34,707 nucleotides of DNA, taken from positions 1 through 34,707 of the forward strand of contig JBDRJQ010000032.1 in the NCBI GenBank assembly GCA_043814765.1, read 5' to 3'. Positions 18,309 to 26,774 of this stretch are shown here, one piece after another (position 1 is the stretch's first letter; every line of letters starts with the position of its first letter). The notes under the pieces were generated by a model. It was not told the DNA's origin. It searched no databases and saw only the letters and a list, made by a program, of their open reading frames with translations. The stretch comes from Nanobdellota archaeon. Lineage in GTDB: Archaea; Aenigmatarchaeota; Aenigmatarchaeia; QMZP01. A program made the translations under genes and the position numbers.

Positions 18309-18365
18309 ATTGCGTCATTAATTATAATATTGATTCTTAGTTATTTGCAAATTTTGGTGTAAAAA

Positions 18366-19361
18366 ATGATTGTTACGAGAACTCCTTTGAGAATATCATT
18401 GGGTGGCGGAGGAACAGATTTACCTTTCTATTGCTCAAAGCACGGAGCATCCCTAATAACTGCTGCTATTAACAAATACATTTACATAACTGTTAACAAA
18501 AGAGTTGAAAAAACCATAAAATTAAACTACTCTAAAACAGAGATTGTTGATTCTGTTGATGAAATAAAACACCCGCTAATAAGAGAAGCATTAAAGCTTA
18601 CCGGAATAAGCAAACCTCTGGAACTTCACTCTGTTGCTGAACTTCCTTCAGGAACAGGGCTGGGATCATCACAAGTCTTTCTTGTGGGATTATTGAATGC
18701 CTTGTATTATTACAAGGGGGAGATTGTCTCCAAATACAAATTGGCTGAAGATGCATCACGCATCACAATGGACATACTGAAAGAGCCTTGCGGAAAACAG
18801 GATCAGTACGCTGCATCTTTTGGCAATTTAAACCACCTGAAAATAAACACATCAGGAAAGGTAACTGTTTCACCTGTAAACATTTCACATGAGGACCTGA
18901 AGAAACTGGAAAACAACTTAATGATGTTCTACACAGGCTTTCAGAGAAGCGCTATAGAAATTCTGGAAGACCAGAAAGAAAAATCAGAAAAGCCAAGCGA
19001 AGAAGCAATCTTTGATTATTATCATGAAATAAAAAAAATAGGTGCAGAGAGCTTGAAATGCCTTGAATCTGGAAATCTAAGAAAGTTTGGACAGTGGATG
19101 AACATTCACTGGGATTTGAAAAAGGGGATTTCAACAAAAATGACTAATCCAAAGATAGATGAATGGTATAACATAGCTCTTCAAAACGGTGCGCTCGGGG
19201 GAAAGATTGTCGGCGCTGGTGGCGGAGGATTCTTGATGCTCTATACTGAAACAAGCCACAGCGATATACAGAAAGCACTTGAAAAGGAGGGCCTTGTTAG
19301 AACAGACTTCAAGTTCGACTTTGACGGCACAAGAATTGTATTCAATGGAATGCAGTTTTAG
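18366..19361 (+). CDS. hddA: GHMP-family heptose-7-phosphate 1-kinase
   Basis: RTPLRISLGGGGTD.P, P.GTGLGSS, GKQDQYA..FG, GALGGKIVGAGGGGF. Confidence 0.9.
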   Translation: MIVTRTPLRISLGGGGTDLPFYCSKHGASLITAAINKYIYITVNKRVEKTIKLNYSKTEIVDSVDEIKHPLIREALKLTGISKPLELHSVAELPSGTGLGSSQVFLVGLLNALYYYKGEIVSKYKLAEDASRITMDILKEPCGKQDQYAASFGNLNHLKINTSGKVTVSPVNISHEDLKKLENNLMMFYTGFQRSAIEILEDQKEKSEKPSEEAIFDYYHEIKKIGAESLKCLESGNLRKFGQWMNIHWDLKKGISTKMTNPKIDEWYNIALQNGALGGKIVGAGGGGFLMLYTETSHSDIQKALEKEGLVRTDFKFDFDGTRIVFNGMQF

Positions 19362-19448
19362 GAGGTTAGTATGCATCCTGATTATATTAACAAGTCAACT
19401 GCATGCAATTTTGGGAGAGACAGTATGCACAATGATTACATTAACAAG
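19350..19448 (+). repeat. Diverged tandem duplication spanning the hddA end, RBS and gmhA start
   Basis: atgcagttttaggaggttagtatgcatcctgattatattaacaag (19350-19394) versus atgcaattttgggagagacagtatgcacaatgattacattaacaag (19403-19448). Confidence 0.8.
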
Positions 19449-20036
19449 CACATGACAGAAATAGAAGATATTGTAAGAGATATTGACAGGGAACAAATAT
19501 CCAAAGCTATAGACATACTTTTTGAAGCATGGAAAAATGGAAATAATGTTTATTTTATGGGCTGTGGTGGAAGTGCTGGAACAGCTTCTCATTTCGCTGC
19601 GGATCTTGCCAAGACAACAATTGTGGGTGATAAAAAAAGATTCAGGGCGCATTCGCTTGTAGACAACCCATCATTAAAGACTGCATGGATAAATGATGAC
19701 GGATGGAACTCTGTTTTCAAAGAGCAGATAAGAAACTTCATGCAACCAGGGGATGTGGTTGTTGGCATCAGTGTTCATGGGGGAAGCGGCAAAGGAAATG
19801 CAGGAGACTGGTCACAAAATCTTACTGTTGCAATGCAATTCGTCAAAGAGAATGGTGGTAAATGCATCGGTCTGGCTGGTTTTGATGGCGGCGCTTTTAA
19901 AGAGCTGTGCGATGCCTGCATAATAGTTCCAAAAAATTCAACTCCGCTTGTAGAGGGCTTCCATAGCGACATACAGCACCTAATAATTTTCAGGCTCAAG
20001 GAACTGATAGCAAACTATGAGGATGTAAATGTTTAG
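19371..20036 (+). CDS. gmhA: Sedoheptulose-7-phosphate isomerase (SIS domain); alternative in-frame start at 19425
   Basis: G.GGSA.TASHFAADL, ND.G...VF.EQ, GDVVVGIS, GFDGG, VE..H...H. Confidence 0.88.
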   Translation: MHPDYINKSTACNFGRDSMHNDYINKHMTEIEDIVRDIDREQISKAIDILFEAWKNGNNVYFMGCGGSAGTASHFAADLAKTTIVGDKKRFRAHSLVDNPSLKTAWINDDGWNSVFKEQIRNFMQPGDVVVGISVHGGSGKGNAGDWSQNLTVAMQFVKENGGKCIGLAGFDGGAFKELCDACIIVPKNSTPLVEGFHSDIQHLIIFRLKELIANYEDVNV

Positions 20037-20478
20037 CAATAAAAACAAGGTTGTGGCTGATAACATTATCAACTACACCATATATGACGAGATTGATGTA
20101 GAAGACAGGGTCTTTGTCACATGGAACATGTTTGAAGAAGCAATGGAAACGCTTCACGGAAAACTGATAGACCACCAAAAAGAAAAACAACTGGAGTTTG
20201 ATGCCATATACGCGCCTCCAAGAGGAGGACTGTGCTTAGGAGTTAAGCTTTCATATATGACTAAGATACCACTGATAACAGATCCCAGCAAGGTAACAAG
20301 CAGCACTGTAGTTATTGACGACTGCACAAAGAGCGGCAAAACAATGATGCCGTTCAGAGACAATGTAACACTGGTGATGTTCCAGCATCCCAAATCAGTC
20401 TTCACGCCGACGATATATTATCAGGAGACTGATAAGCAGATAAACTTCTGCTGGGAATCAAAGGATGAAAGGAATTAA
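20029..20478 (+). CDS. Minimal type I phosphoribosyltransferase-fold protein
   Basis: PPRGGL loop and PRPP-binding motif VVIDDCTKSGKT; C-terminal FCWE as in purine PRTases; overlaps the gmhA stop. Confidence 0.75.
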   Translation: MFSNKNKVVADNIINYTIYDEIDVEDRVFVTWNMFEEAMETLHGKLIDHQKEKQLEFDAIYAPPRGGLCLGVKLSYMTKIPLITDPSKVTSSTVVIDDCTKSGKTMMPFRDNVTLVMFQHPKSVFTPTIYYQETDKQINFCWESKDERN

Positions 20479-20574
20479 ACAATTAACCAAAATGATATAG
20501 TTGAATGACTTATGCTGTCTGCATACAGTCGTCTTTAAAATGTTAACAGAGTATATTGGTAACAGAGATGTCTT

Positions 20575-21249
20575 ATGGCTATATTCATAGACTCAGGAAA
20601 TGTAGAAGAGGTAAAGAAGTACATGAACATGGGTATCATTAGAGGTGCAACAACAAACCCAACTATCCTGATGAAGGATGGAGTTACAGGCGGTCTGGAA
20701 GGCATCAAAAAGGTTTCAATAGAAATCGCCAACATAATTGCTCCTTATCCTCTTTCTGTTGAGGTTCTTAACAACGACCCAAAGGGCATGGCTGAACAGG
20801 CAATAGAATTCTCAAAATGGGCAGATAATATTGTTATCAAAATACCAGCTCATGGACCAAACGGCGAGCTGGACAACTTCAATATAATTCATGATCTTGA
20901 AACCAAAGCCAATGTGCGTGTTAACGTAACTGCAATGATGAGTGCACAGCAGTGTTTCCTTGCTGCGATGGCTGGTGCAAGTTATGTTTCTTTATTCTGT
21001 GGGAGAGTTAATAACATGGGACATGATGCAAAAGTAGAGATTAGAAAGCTGAGAAAGCTTTTGGATGAGCATAAACTCAAGGCAAAGATAATCGCAGCTT
21101 CAACAAGAGAAGTCATAAACGTTATAGACTGGCTTGAAGCAGGAGCCCATATAGTTACAGTATTGCCACCTTTCTTGAACGGGATGCTAGTACACCCGTA
21201 CACAAAGGAAACAGTTAAAATGTTCCTGGATGATGCAGTTAAACTGTAA
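20575..21249 (+). CDS. tal: Transaldolase (TalC/MipB class)
   Basis: IFIDS, GATTNPT, LSVEV (Glu), Schiff-base VIKIP, VNVT, YVSLFCGR (Phe, so transaldolase rather than F6P aldolase), AAS.R, HP.T. Confidence 0.9.
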   Translation: MAIFIDSGNVEEVKKYMNMGIIRGATTNPTILMKDGVTGGLEGIKKVSIEIANIIAPYPLSVEVLNNDPKGMAEQAIEFSKWADNIVIKIPAHGPNGELDNFNIIHDLETKANVRVNVTAMMSAQQCFLAAMAGASYVSLFCGRVNNMGHDAKVEIRKLRKLLDEHKLKAKIIAASTREVINVIDWLEAGAHIVTVLPPFLNGMLVHPYTKETVKMFLDDAVKL

Positions 21250-21260
21250 AGCTTTTATAT
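21248..21260 (+). promoter_or_regulatory. Putative BRE/TATA promoter for the 21.4-22.8 kb insert
   Basis: AAAG-C-TTTTATAT immediately after the tal stop codon. Confidence 0.45.
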
Positions 21261-21298
21261 CATCATAGTAACAGTTATTCTAATTAATCGCTATCATG

Positions 21299-21384
21299 CT
21301 CTACACATTTACTTCGATGAAGTCTGTTCAGTCGAAACAGGCTATTGCTATTGAATCCAAGCTCGCAACAGCATTTGCGTAGAG
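21299..21384. ncRNA. Putative structured RNA/ssDNA element (closing stem plus three hairpins)
   Basis: Minus strand CUCUACGCA/UGUGUAGAG closes GCUGUUGC/GCAAUAGC, CUGUU/AACAG and ACUUC/GAAGU hairpins; all pairs are Watson-Crick or G-U. Confidence 0.5.
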
Positions 21385-21408
21385 AAATTTCTATTTTTGG
21401 AGAAACAA

Positions 21409-21819
21409 ATGGAAATGAATGTAGACATTGAAAGAATGTCTAAAGAAACAGACATAGGCGTCTCTGCAATCAAGAATGCCCTTGGCATTCCGCTGGAGGA
21501 ATGCAAAGATTCCACCATCGAAGAAGTAAGAGCCGTTTACGATGATGCTCCAGATGGCAGCGAAGCACAAGCAGCTGCATTTAACAAGTGTATAGAATTA
21601 GCTTCCACCATCGAAGAAGTAAGAGCAGCTTACAATGATGCTTCATATGGCAGCGAAGCAGAATCAGCTGCATTGGAGAAGTGGAATAAACTTTCACTCA
21701 AGGCAGTTGAAGAAGCTTCCACCATCGAAGAAGTAAGAGCCGTTTACGATGATGCTCTAGATGGCAGCGAAGCAGAATCAGCTGCAATCCGGAAACTCTC
21801 GGAGTTCTTCCGAAAGTAA
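21409..21819 (+). CDS. Acidic helical repeat protein (3 repeats), function unknown
   Basis: Three copies of STIEEVRA.Y.DA..GSEA..AA; GGAG upstream of ATG 21409. Confidence 0.75.
   Translation: MEMNVDIERMSKETDIGVSAIKNALGIPLEECKDSTIEEVRAVYDDAPDGSEAQAAAFNKCIELASTIEEVRAAYNDASYGSEAESAALEKWNKLSLKAVEEASTIEEVRAVYDDALDGSEAESAAIRKLSEFFRK
21511..21786 (+). repeat. Three near-identical intragenic direct repeats of about 70 bp
   Basis: tccaccatcgaagaagtaagagc...atggcagcgaagca...cagctgca starting at 21511, 21604 and 21718; spacings of 93 and 114 bp are both multiples of 3. Confidence 0.92.
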
Positions 21820-21859
21820 GCCGAATCGTGCAGAACTAATTCTAGCGGAGGATTCCATA

Positions 21860-22477
21860 GTGGATACAATTTTTATAGGTTATCTCATAGGCTACATCGG
21901 AGCAACACTCACGACGTTCTCTTATGTTGCCCAATTAACAAAAAGCCTCAAGACAAAAAGCACAGGTGATCTATCGCTCATAATGTACATCATGGTCATT
22001 GAGGGTTGCACGCTCTGGCTTGTTTACGGCATTTTAGTAATGAACTGGGTCATAATTGGCGCAAACAGTGTCAGCTTGCTAATCATTTCCAGTATTTTAT
22101 ATCTCATAGTGAAGTACAACAACCAAACTGTAAAGGCTGTTGTGGTTGTAATCATTGCCATGTATTTCATGGTGGCTATGCTGTTCATCAAGTTGGGATG
22201 GATATTAGCAGTCGGCCTGATGGCGACTGCTCTGACTTCCACCTGCAATCTTCCGCAGGTGTTCAAAATTCTGAAGACCAAGAGGACAGAGGACATATCG
22301 CTTCCGTTCTATGTTGTCCTTACAATAGGCATAATCTGCTGGCTCACACACGGGATTCTTCTTAAGGACGTTCCGCTTATCACTGCTAACATAATAACAA
22401 TGTGCACAGTCGGCTCTGTTTTGACTCTGAAACTCTTGGAGAAAAGGAACCGAATTGCTAAAAGGAGACCATCATGA
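21860..22477 (+). CDS. Tandem SemiSWEET/PQ-loop (MtN3) transporter, about 7 TM
   Basis: Two units, LTT.SYVAQ..KSLKTKST.DLS...W..YG.....IIGAN and LTST..LPQ..KILKTKRT.DIS...W..HG....P.ITAN, joined by a hydrophobic helix. GTG 21860 is preceded by GGAGG. Confidence 0.85.
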   Translation: MDTIFIGYLIGYIGATLTTFSYVAQLTKSLKTKSTGDLSLIMYIMVIEGCTLWLVYGILVMNWVIIGANSVSLLIISSILYLIVKYNNQTVKAVVVVIIAMYFMVAMLFIKLGWILAVGLMATALTSTCNLPQVFKILKTKRTEDISLPFYVVLTIGIICWLTHGILLKDVPLITANIITMCTVGSVLTLKLLEKRNRIAKRRPS

Positions 22478-22758
22478 TCCACAAAGCATCAAAAATAACA
22501 GGCATAATCCTCTTCTGGATATTCGTTCCAGCATTTTGGTACATCTTAATCAGCAAGATGTTCTATTCTCTTGGTATTTGCATTTGGGATCAGGGAAACT
22601 TCAGTTACCCTATGCATACACTTGAGATGATTCTTATATGTTGCATGGGGTTGGGGGGAAGCTTCATACTGCTCAAGTTGCTTCATCCGGAGCGGAGCTT
22701 CAAGAAGATACTAAAAGATTTCCTGAATTCATCACAATATCAGTTTATGAGTGATTGA
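22474..22758 (+). CDS. Small 2-TM hypothetical membrane protein
   Basis: ATGA overlap with the upstream gene, AGGAG upstream, two hydrophobic segments. Confidence 0.65.
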   Translation: MIHKASKITGIILFWIFVPAFWYILISKMFYSLGICIWDQGNFSYPMHTLEMILICCMGLGGSFILLKLLHPERSFKKILKDFLNSSQYQFMSD

Positions 22759-22786
22759 TTTCCTGAAAATAAGTAAACTAGAATAT

Positions 22787-22808
22787 GAGCAGAACTCCTG
22801 CTCTTTTT
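22787..22808 (+). terminator. Hairpin plus U-tract intrinsic terminator
   Basis: GAGCAG-AACTC-CTGCTC followed by TTTTT. Confidence 0.65.
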
Positions 22809-22889
22809 ATTATTATTGTCAACTTAAAGGGTTACATTATATATTGCAATTTGAATTTGATAATTTGTTTTCTTTTGGGTAGGCTGTAG

Positions 22890-22913
22890 CCTTTTCTTTT
22901 TGAAAAGAAAAGG
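22890..22913. terminator. Inverted repeat/oligo-T terminator at the end of the methyltransferase gene
   Basis: CCTTTTCTTTT-TG-AAAAGAAAAGG directly after the minus-strand stop codon. Confidence 0.5.
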
Positions 22914-22914
22914 G

Positions 22915-23646
22915 TTAGTTCTTCTCACCGACAATCAGAACACTCGAACCTTGCCATTTGATAAGTGGCATTTTTTCTAAAGCTTCGCTCATTCGGATTG
23001 ATAAGTTTAGAAAAGAATCCGGTGTGAACGCGAAGGCAAACATGAATGGTTTTGTCTTTACCCACTTTAGGTATTTGCTCTCAAAGAACTTGCGATATGT
23101 GGATGGTTTGTAAGAATTTTCATTGGCTCTACGGTTCCTTGGTGTAAGTTCTAGAAGTTTACGTGGGATACTAACTGCATTGGATTCACAGAGAATGAAA
23201 TGCTTTCTTGTGACACGAAGCATTTCCTGAGCCATTCTTCTTGGATTGTCAACATGATGCATGACATTGAAGCAGCAGACCATATCGAAACTGTTGTCTT
23301 TGAATCCCTTTAGGTTTGTGGCGTCTGCCTGTTTTCCTTCTATTCCCATGCTCTGGATTTTCTTTACGCCCTCTTCTGAGAGATCTGTAGCAACATACCT
23401 TTTCGGTTTGAGAGCGTTTATTATCATTTTAGATGAAACACCGTCTCCTGCACCTATCTCTAGAATTGATAAGTTCTCCGGATTTTTGTCTTTTAGAAAG
23501 TCTATAACATAACCAACTTCCTTTGGTACGCGGTAAACCACTGCTATCTTGCCTTCCCACTGCTCTCTGAAAGTCATTTTCTCGCTAAAAAGCTCGTCAT
23601 AATAATCCTTCATTACTTTTTTCTTTTCCATCAATTTTTCTGCCAT
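22915..23646 (-). CDS. Class I SAM-dependent methyltransferase
   Basis: ILEIGAGDG motif I, ATDLS, ADA..L..F.DNSFD, VMHHV.NP.....EMLRV. ATG 23646 preferred over TTG 23667. Confidence 0.9.
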   Translation of the reverse strand: MAEKLMEKKKVMKDYYDELFSEKMTFREQWEGKIAVVYRVPKEVGYVIDFLKDKNPENLSILEIGAGDGVSSKMIINALKPKRYVATDLSEEGVKKIQSMGIEGKQADATNLKGFKDNSFDMVCCFNVMHHVDNPRRMAQEMLRVTRKHFILCESNAVSIPRKLLELTPRNRRANENSYKPSTYRKFFESKYLKWVKTKPFMFAFAFTPDSFLNLSIRMSEALEKMPLIKWQGSSVLIVGEKN

Positions 23647-23769
23647 ATCAGCACCAAGAGCACGCAATTCACGTATTTATTTGTTATATTCTACGTATAA
23701 TAGAAAGGTTTAAAAATATCACTCAATCATTAATATCTTATATAATTAATATAGTGTATCGGAGTTGTT

Positions 23770-25278
23770 ATGAAATTCATGTTCGTTTGTATGGGGTATG
23801 AAAACCTCTCTGCACAGCAGCTATCAGCAGTGCTGAAACAAAAGGGCCATGAAGTGGATCTGGCTTTTGATCCGGCGCTGTTTGATGACAAGATGTATTT
23901 CTATTATCCGGATCTTCATAAACTCCTTAGTGACAGAAATCGTGTTATAAAGAAAATAGTAGACAGTAAGCCAGATGCAATCGGATTCACTGTTTTTACA
24001 GATAATAATGAATGGGCATGCGACATTGCAAAGGAAGTGAAGAAACAGCTTCCGGACACTCCCATAATATTCGGTGGAATCTACCCTACAACATGCCCTG
24101 AAGTTGTGATAAAAAATGATTTTGTGGATATTGTTTGTGAAGGAGAGGGTGAAGAATCCCTGCCAGAGCTTCTTGACAGCATGCAGAAAGGTAAGATTGA
24201 TTACAAAATAAGAAATCTTTGGTTCAAAAAAGATGGCAAGATTATAAAAAATCCACAAAGGCCTCCTGTGGATATTGAGAAATTGCCTTATTATGATAAA
24301 GAGTTGTTTGAGGGGCACGTGCCTCTTGACAGGGTTTACCTGACTGTAATAGGAAGAGGCTGCCTGTTTGGATGCTCTTTCTGTTCGCAGAACTTCTTAA
24401 GGAAGTTCAATAAAGGATTGGACAAAAGAATCAAGTCTGTAGATAATGTGATGAGAGAACTGAAGATAATGAAGGAAAAATACAATTACAGAGAAGTGGA
24501 TTTCAAGGACAACATATTGACAATGAACAAGGAATGGGTTATTGAACTGCTAGACAGATACAAAAAAGAGATTGGTGTCCCTTTCAGGGCTCTAAGCCAT
24601 GTTTTATGCATGGATTTGGAGATAGCAAAAGCTTTAAAGGGAGCAGGATGCCACAGAGTGCAGTTTGGCATACAATCGCTTAACGAGGAAACGAGAAGAA
24701 AGCATCTGTTAAGAACTGAAACAAATGAGGAAATAGAAAAGGCTCTTAGAGCATGCGATGAAGCAGGACTGGAATACTCATGCGATCATATGTTTGGTCT
24801 TCCTGGAGAGACTGAGGAAGATCAACTGCTGGCTGCAAATTTCTATAAAACTCTTAAGAAGTGCACAAGAGTGACATGTTTCTGGACCACGTTCTTCCCA
24901 AAAACAGATCTTGTTGCTATAGCAAGGAGAAGAAACGCTATCACTGATAAGGATATAGAAGAGATAAACAGAGCCAAAGCTGGTTACTATTATCTTGAAG
25001 GGGCTGTAAAGGATAAAGAATTGAAAAAACACTTCAGAAATTATCAGATGCTTTTCAGGCTTATGCCTATACTGCCTGAGAAGGTGGTTGACTTTATACT
25101 AAGAAATAATTTTCATAAACACCTTTATCTGCTTCCACAAAGAGCAATATTGCTTCCAATAGATCTGATTGTTTCTTTTATAAAAAAGGATAATTCCGCA
25201 TTCCAGTACATGAACTACTACTCTCTGCATCTAAATAAAAAAATAAAGAGAAGGCTAGGATTTAAGGTGGATAAATGA
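23770..25278 (+). CDS. Cobalamin-binding radical SAM enzyme (class B methyltransferase-like) 1
   Basis: N-terminal B12-binding domain (LSAVLK..GHEV, IIFGG..PT, GEGE); RGCLFGCSFC; MFGLPGET. Confidence 0.88.
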   Translation: MKFMFVCMGYENLSAQQLSAVLKQKGHEVDLAFDPALFDDKMYFYYPDLHKLLSDRNRVIKKIVDSKPDAIGFTVFTDNNEWACDIAKEVKKQLPDTPIIFGGIYPTTCPEVVIKNDFVDIVCEGEGEESLPELLDSMQKGKIDYKIRNLWFKKDGKIIKNPQRPPVDIEKLPYYDKELFEGHVPLDRVYLTVIGRGCLFGCSFCSQNFLRKFNKGLDKRIKSVDNVMRELKIMKEKYNYREVDFKDNILTMNKEWVIELLDRYKKEIGVPFRALSHVLCMDLEIAKALKGAGCHRVQFGIQSLNEETRRKHLLRTETNEEIEKALRACDEAGLEYSCDHMFGLPGETEEDQLLAANFYKTLKKCTRVTCFWTTFFPKTDLVAIARRRNAITDKDIEEINRAKAGYYYLEGAVKDKELKKHFRNYQMLFRLMPILPEKVVDFILRNNFHKHLYLLPQRAILLPIDLIVSFIKKDNSAFQYMNYYSLHLNKKIKRRLGFKVDK

Positions 25279-26774
25279 AAGTGGTTCTAATCCACTTGAA
25301 AGAGAATTTTACACCAGTACCTCCTACTGGTCTGTTATACGTAGGCACAATGCTAAAAAAGGAAGGCCATGAAGTACGCGTATTTGACGCAAACCTCAAG
25401 GAGCAGAAAGAAGTCATTGAAGAAATAAAGAAGATTGATCCTGATATGATAGGTTTCAGCGCAATGACAACATCTTACTCTATAACACAAGCGTTAAACA
25501 AAATGCTAAGAAAGGAGCTTCCCAACGCTTATTATTTTTGGGGCGGTGTTCATGCCACATCACTGCCTGAAGAGACAATGAAGGACAATGAACTGGATTT
25601 CCTTATTTACGGAGAAGGAGAGCTAACAATGGTCGATGTCTGCAAAAAAATAAAGGGTAAAAAGAAAGATGGCAAGCGCGGTATAGATTTGAAGGGCATA
25701 AATGGTGTGTATTATTTTGATAAAGGTAAATTGCATAAAAATCCTCCTCCAAAATATATTGAGGACTTGGACTCAATACCTATTCCTGACAGGTCGCTTC
25801 TAGGGAATTTTAAATGGTATCTGTCGCCTCCTGGAATACTCCGTGGTAAGTTTTACTACGGAATCACTACAATGTACACAACAAGAGGCTGCCCTTACCA
25901 GTGCATATTCTGCTCCAGCAAGATTGTTCACGGTTCAAGGATAAGAAGGAGATCCGTGGAAAACGTCCTCAAGGAGATGAAGTACTTAAAAGATGAGTTT
26001 GGTGTAACAGGCATATATTTTAACGATGACACTTTCGCAACTGACATTGTATGGCTAAAGAATTTCTGCAAGAAACTGAAGGAGAGCGGTCTCAACATGG
26101 TTTGGGGTTGCCAGACAAGAGCCAATATTGCATCCAACATTGAGATTCTTGAAACAATGAAAGATGGCGGATGCGTTCAGGTTGATATAGGATGCGAGAG
26201 CGGTTCTGACAAGATATTGAAAAACTTGAAAAAGGGCATAACAGCTGACATGATAATGAAATCCTTTGAAAACTTAAGAAAGGTTAAAATGGAAACCTTT
26301 GCGACATTTATTGTCGGAAACCCGGGCGAGACAATGGAAGATATTAAGATGACAGAAGAGATTGCAAAACATGCTCCTGGCGGAGTCAGCTTCCTTATAC
26401 TCGTACCTTATCCAGGCTCGCCGTTATACAAAATGGCTCATGACAACAAGTGGTTCGTTGATGAAAACGTAATGTTTGATGAGAGATGGACTAACAAGCA
26501 GTCTGACACTCCTGTGATGGAAGCCAGTTTCAGAGCAGAAGAGCTTGTCAGAATCAGGGCAGACCTGCAGAACCAGTTCTTTGTTCAGAACAATCTGCAG
26601 ACCATACTGGCTTTTTTAAGAAGCCCGTACTTTCTTTCAAAAGCAATATACACTGTTGTAAAGCATCCTATATTCATACTAAAATCCGCAAAAAGAGCTG
26701 TAGCAAAAAGGAAAGCAATGGATTTATTGGAAGATCTTTATCAGAAATTCAATGAGGACATGAGAACGGTTTAA
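25275..26774 (+). CDS. Cobalamin-binding radical SAM enzyme (class B methyltransferase-like) 2
   Basis: PP.GLLY, GGVHAT..PE, GEGE; TRGCPYQCIFC; FNDDTF; GCESGS; FIVG.PGET; PYPGS. Confidence 0.92.
   Translation: MKVVLIHLKENFTPVPPTGLLYVGTMLKKEGHEVRVFDANLKEQKEVIEEIKKIDPDMIGFSAMTTSYSITQALNKMLRKELPNAYYFWGGVHATSLPEETMKDNELDFLIYGEGELTMVDVCKKIKGKKKDGKRGIDLKGINGVYYFDKGKLHKNPPPKYIEDLDSIPIPDRSLLGNFKWYLSPPGILRGKFYYGITTMYTTRGCPYQCIFCSSKIVHGSRIRRRSVENVLKEMKYLKDEFGVTGIYFNDDTFATDIVWLKNFCKKLKESGLNMVWGCQTRANIASNIEILETMKDGGCVQVDIGCESGSDKILKNLKKGITADMIMKSFENLRKVKMETFATFIVGNPGETMEDIKMTEEIAKHAPGGVSFLILVPYPGSPLYKMAHDNKWFVDENVMFDERWTNKQSDTPVMEASFRAEELVRIRADLQNQFFVQNNLQTILAFLRSPYFLSKAIYTVVKHPIFILKSAKRAVAKRKAMDLLEDLYQKFNEDMRTV

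Noticed and set aside
21299..21384. tRNA or hammerhead ribozyme
   Set aside because: No T-loop or D-loop consensus or acceptor geometry; GATGA and GAAAC are present but the CUGANGA core and stem II are not.
21511..21786. Direct repeats as a CRISPR array
   Set aside because: Repeats are about 70 bp, in frame within a CDS, only three copies, with no cas genes.
21761..21859. N-terminal extension of the SWEET-like ORF
   Set aside because: Overlaps the repeat gene; GTG 21860 has a GGAGG site and matches the start of the domain.
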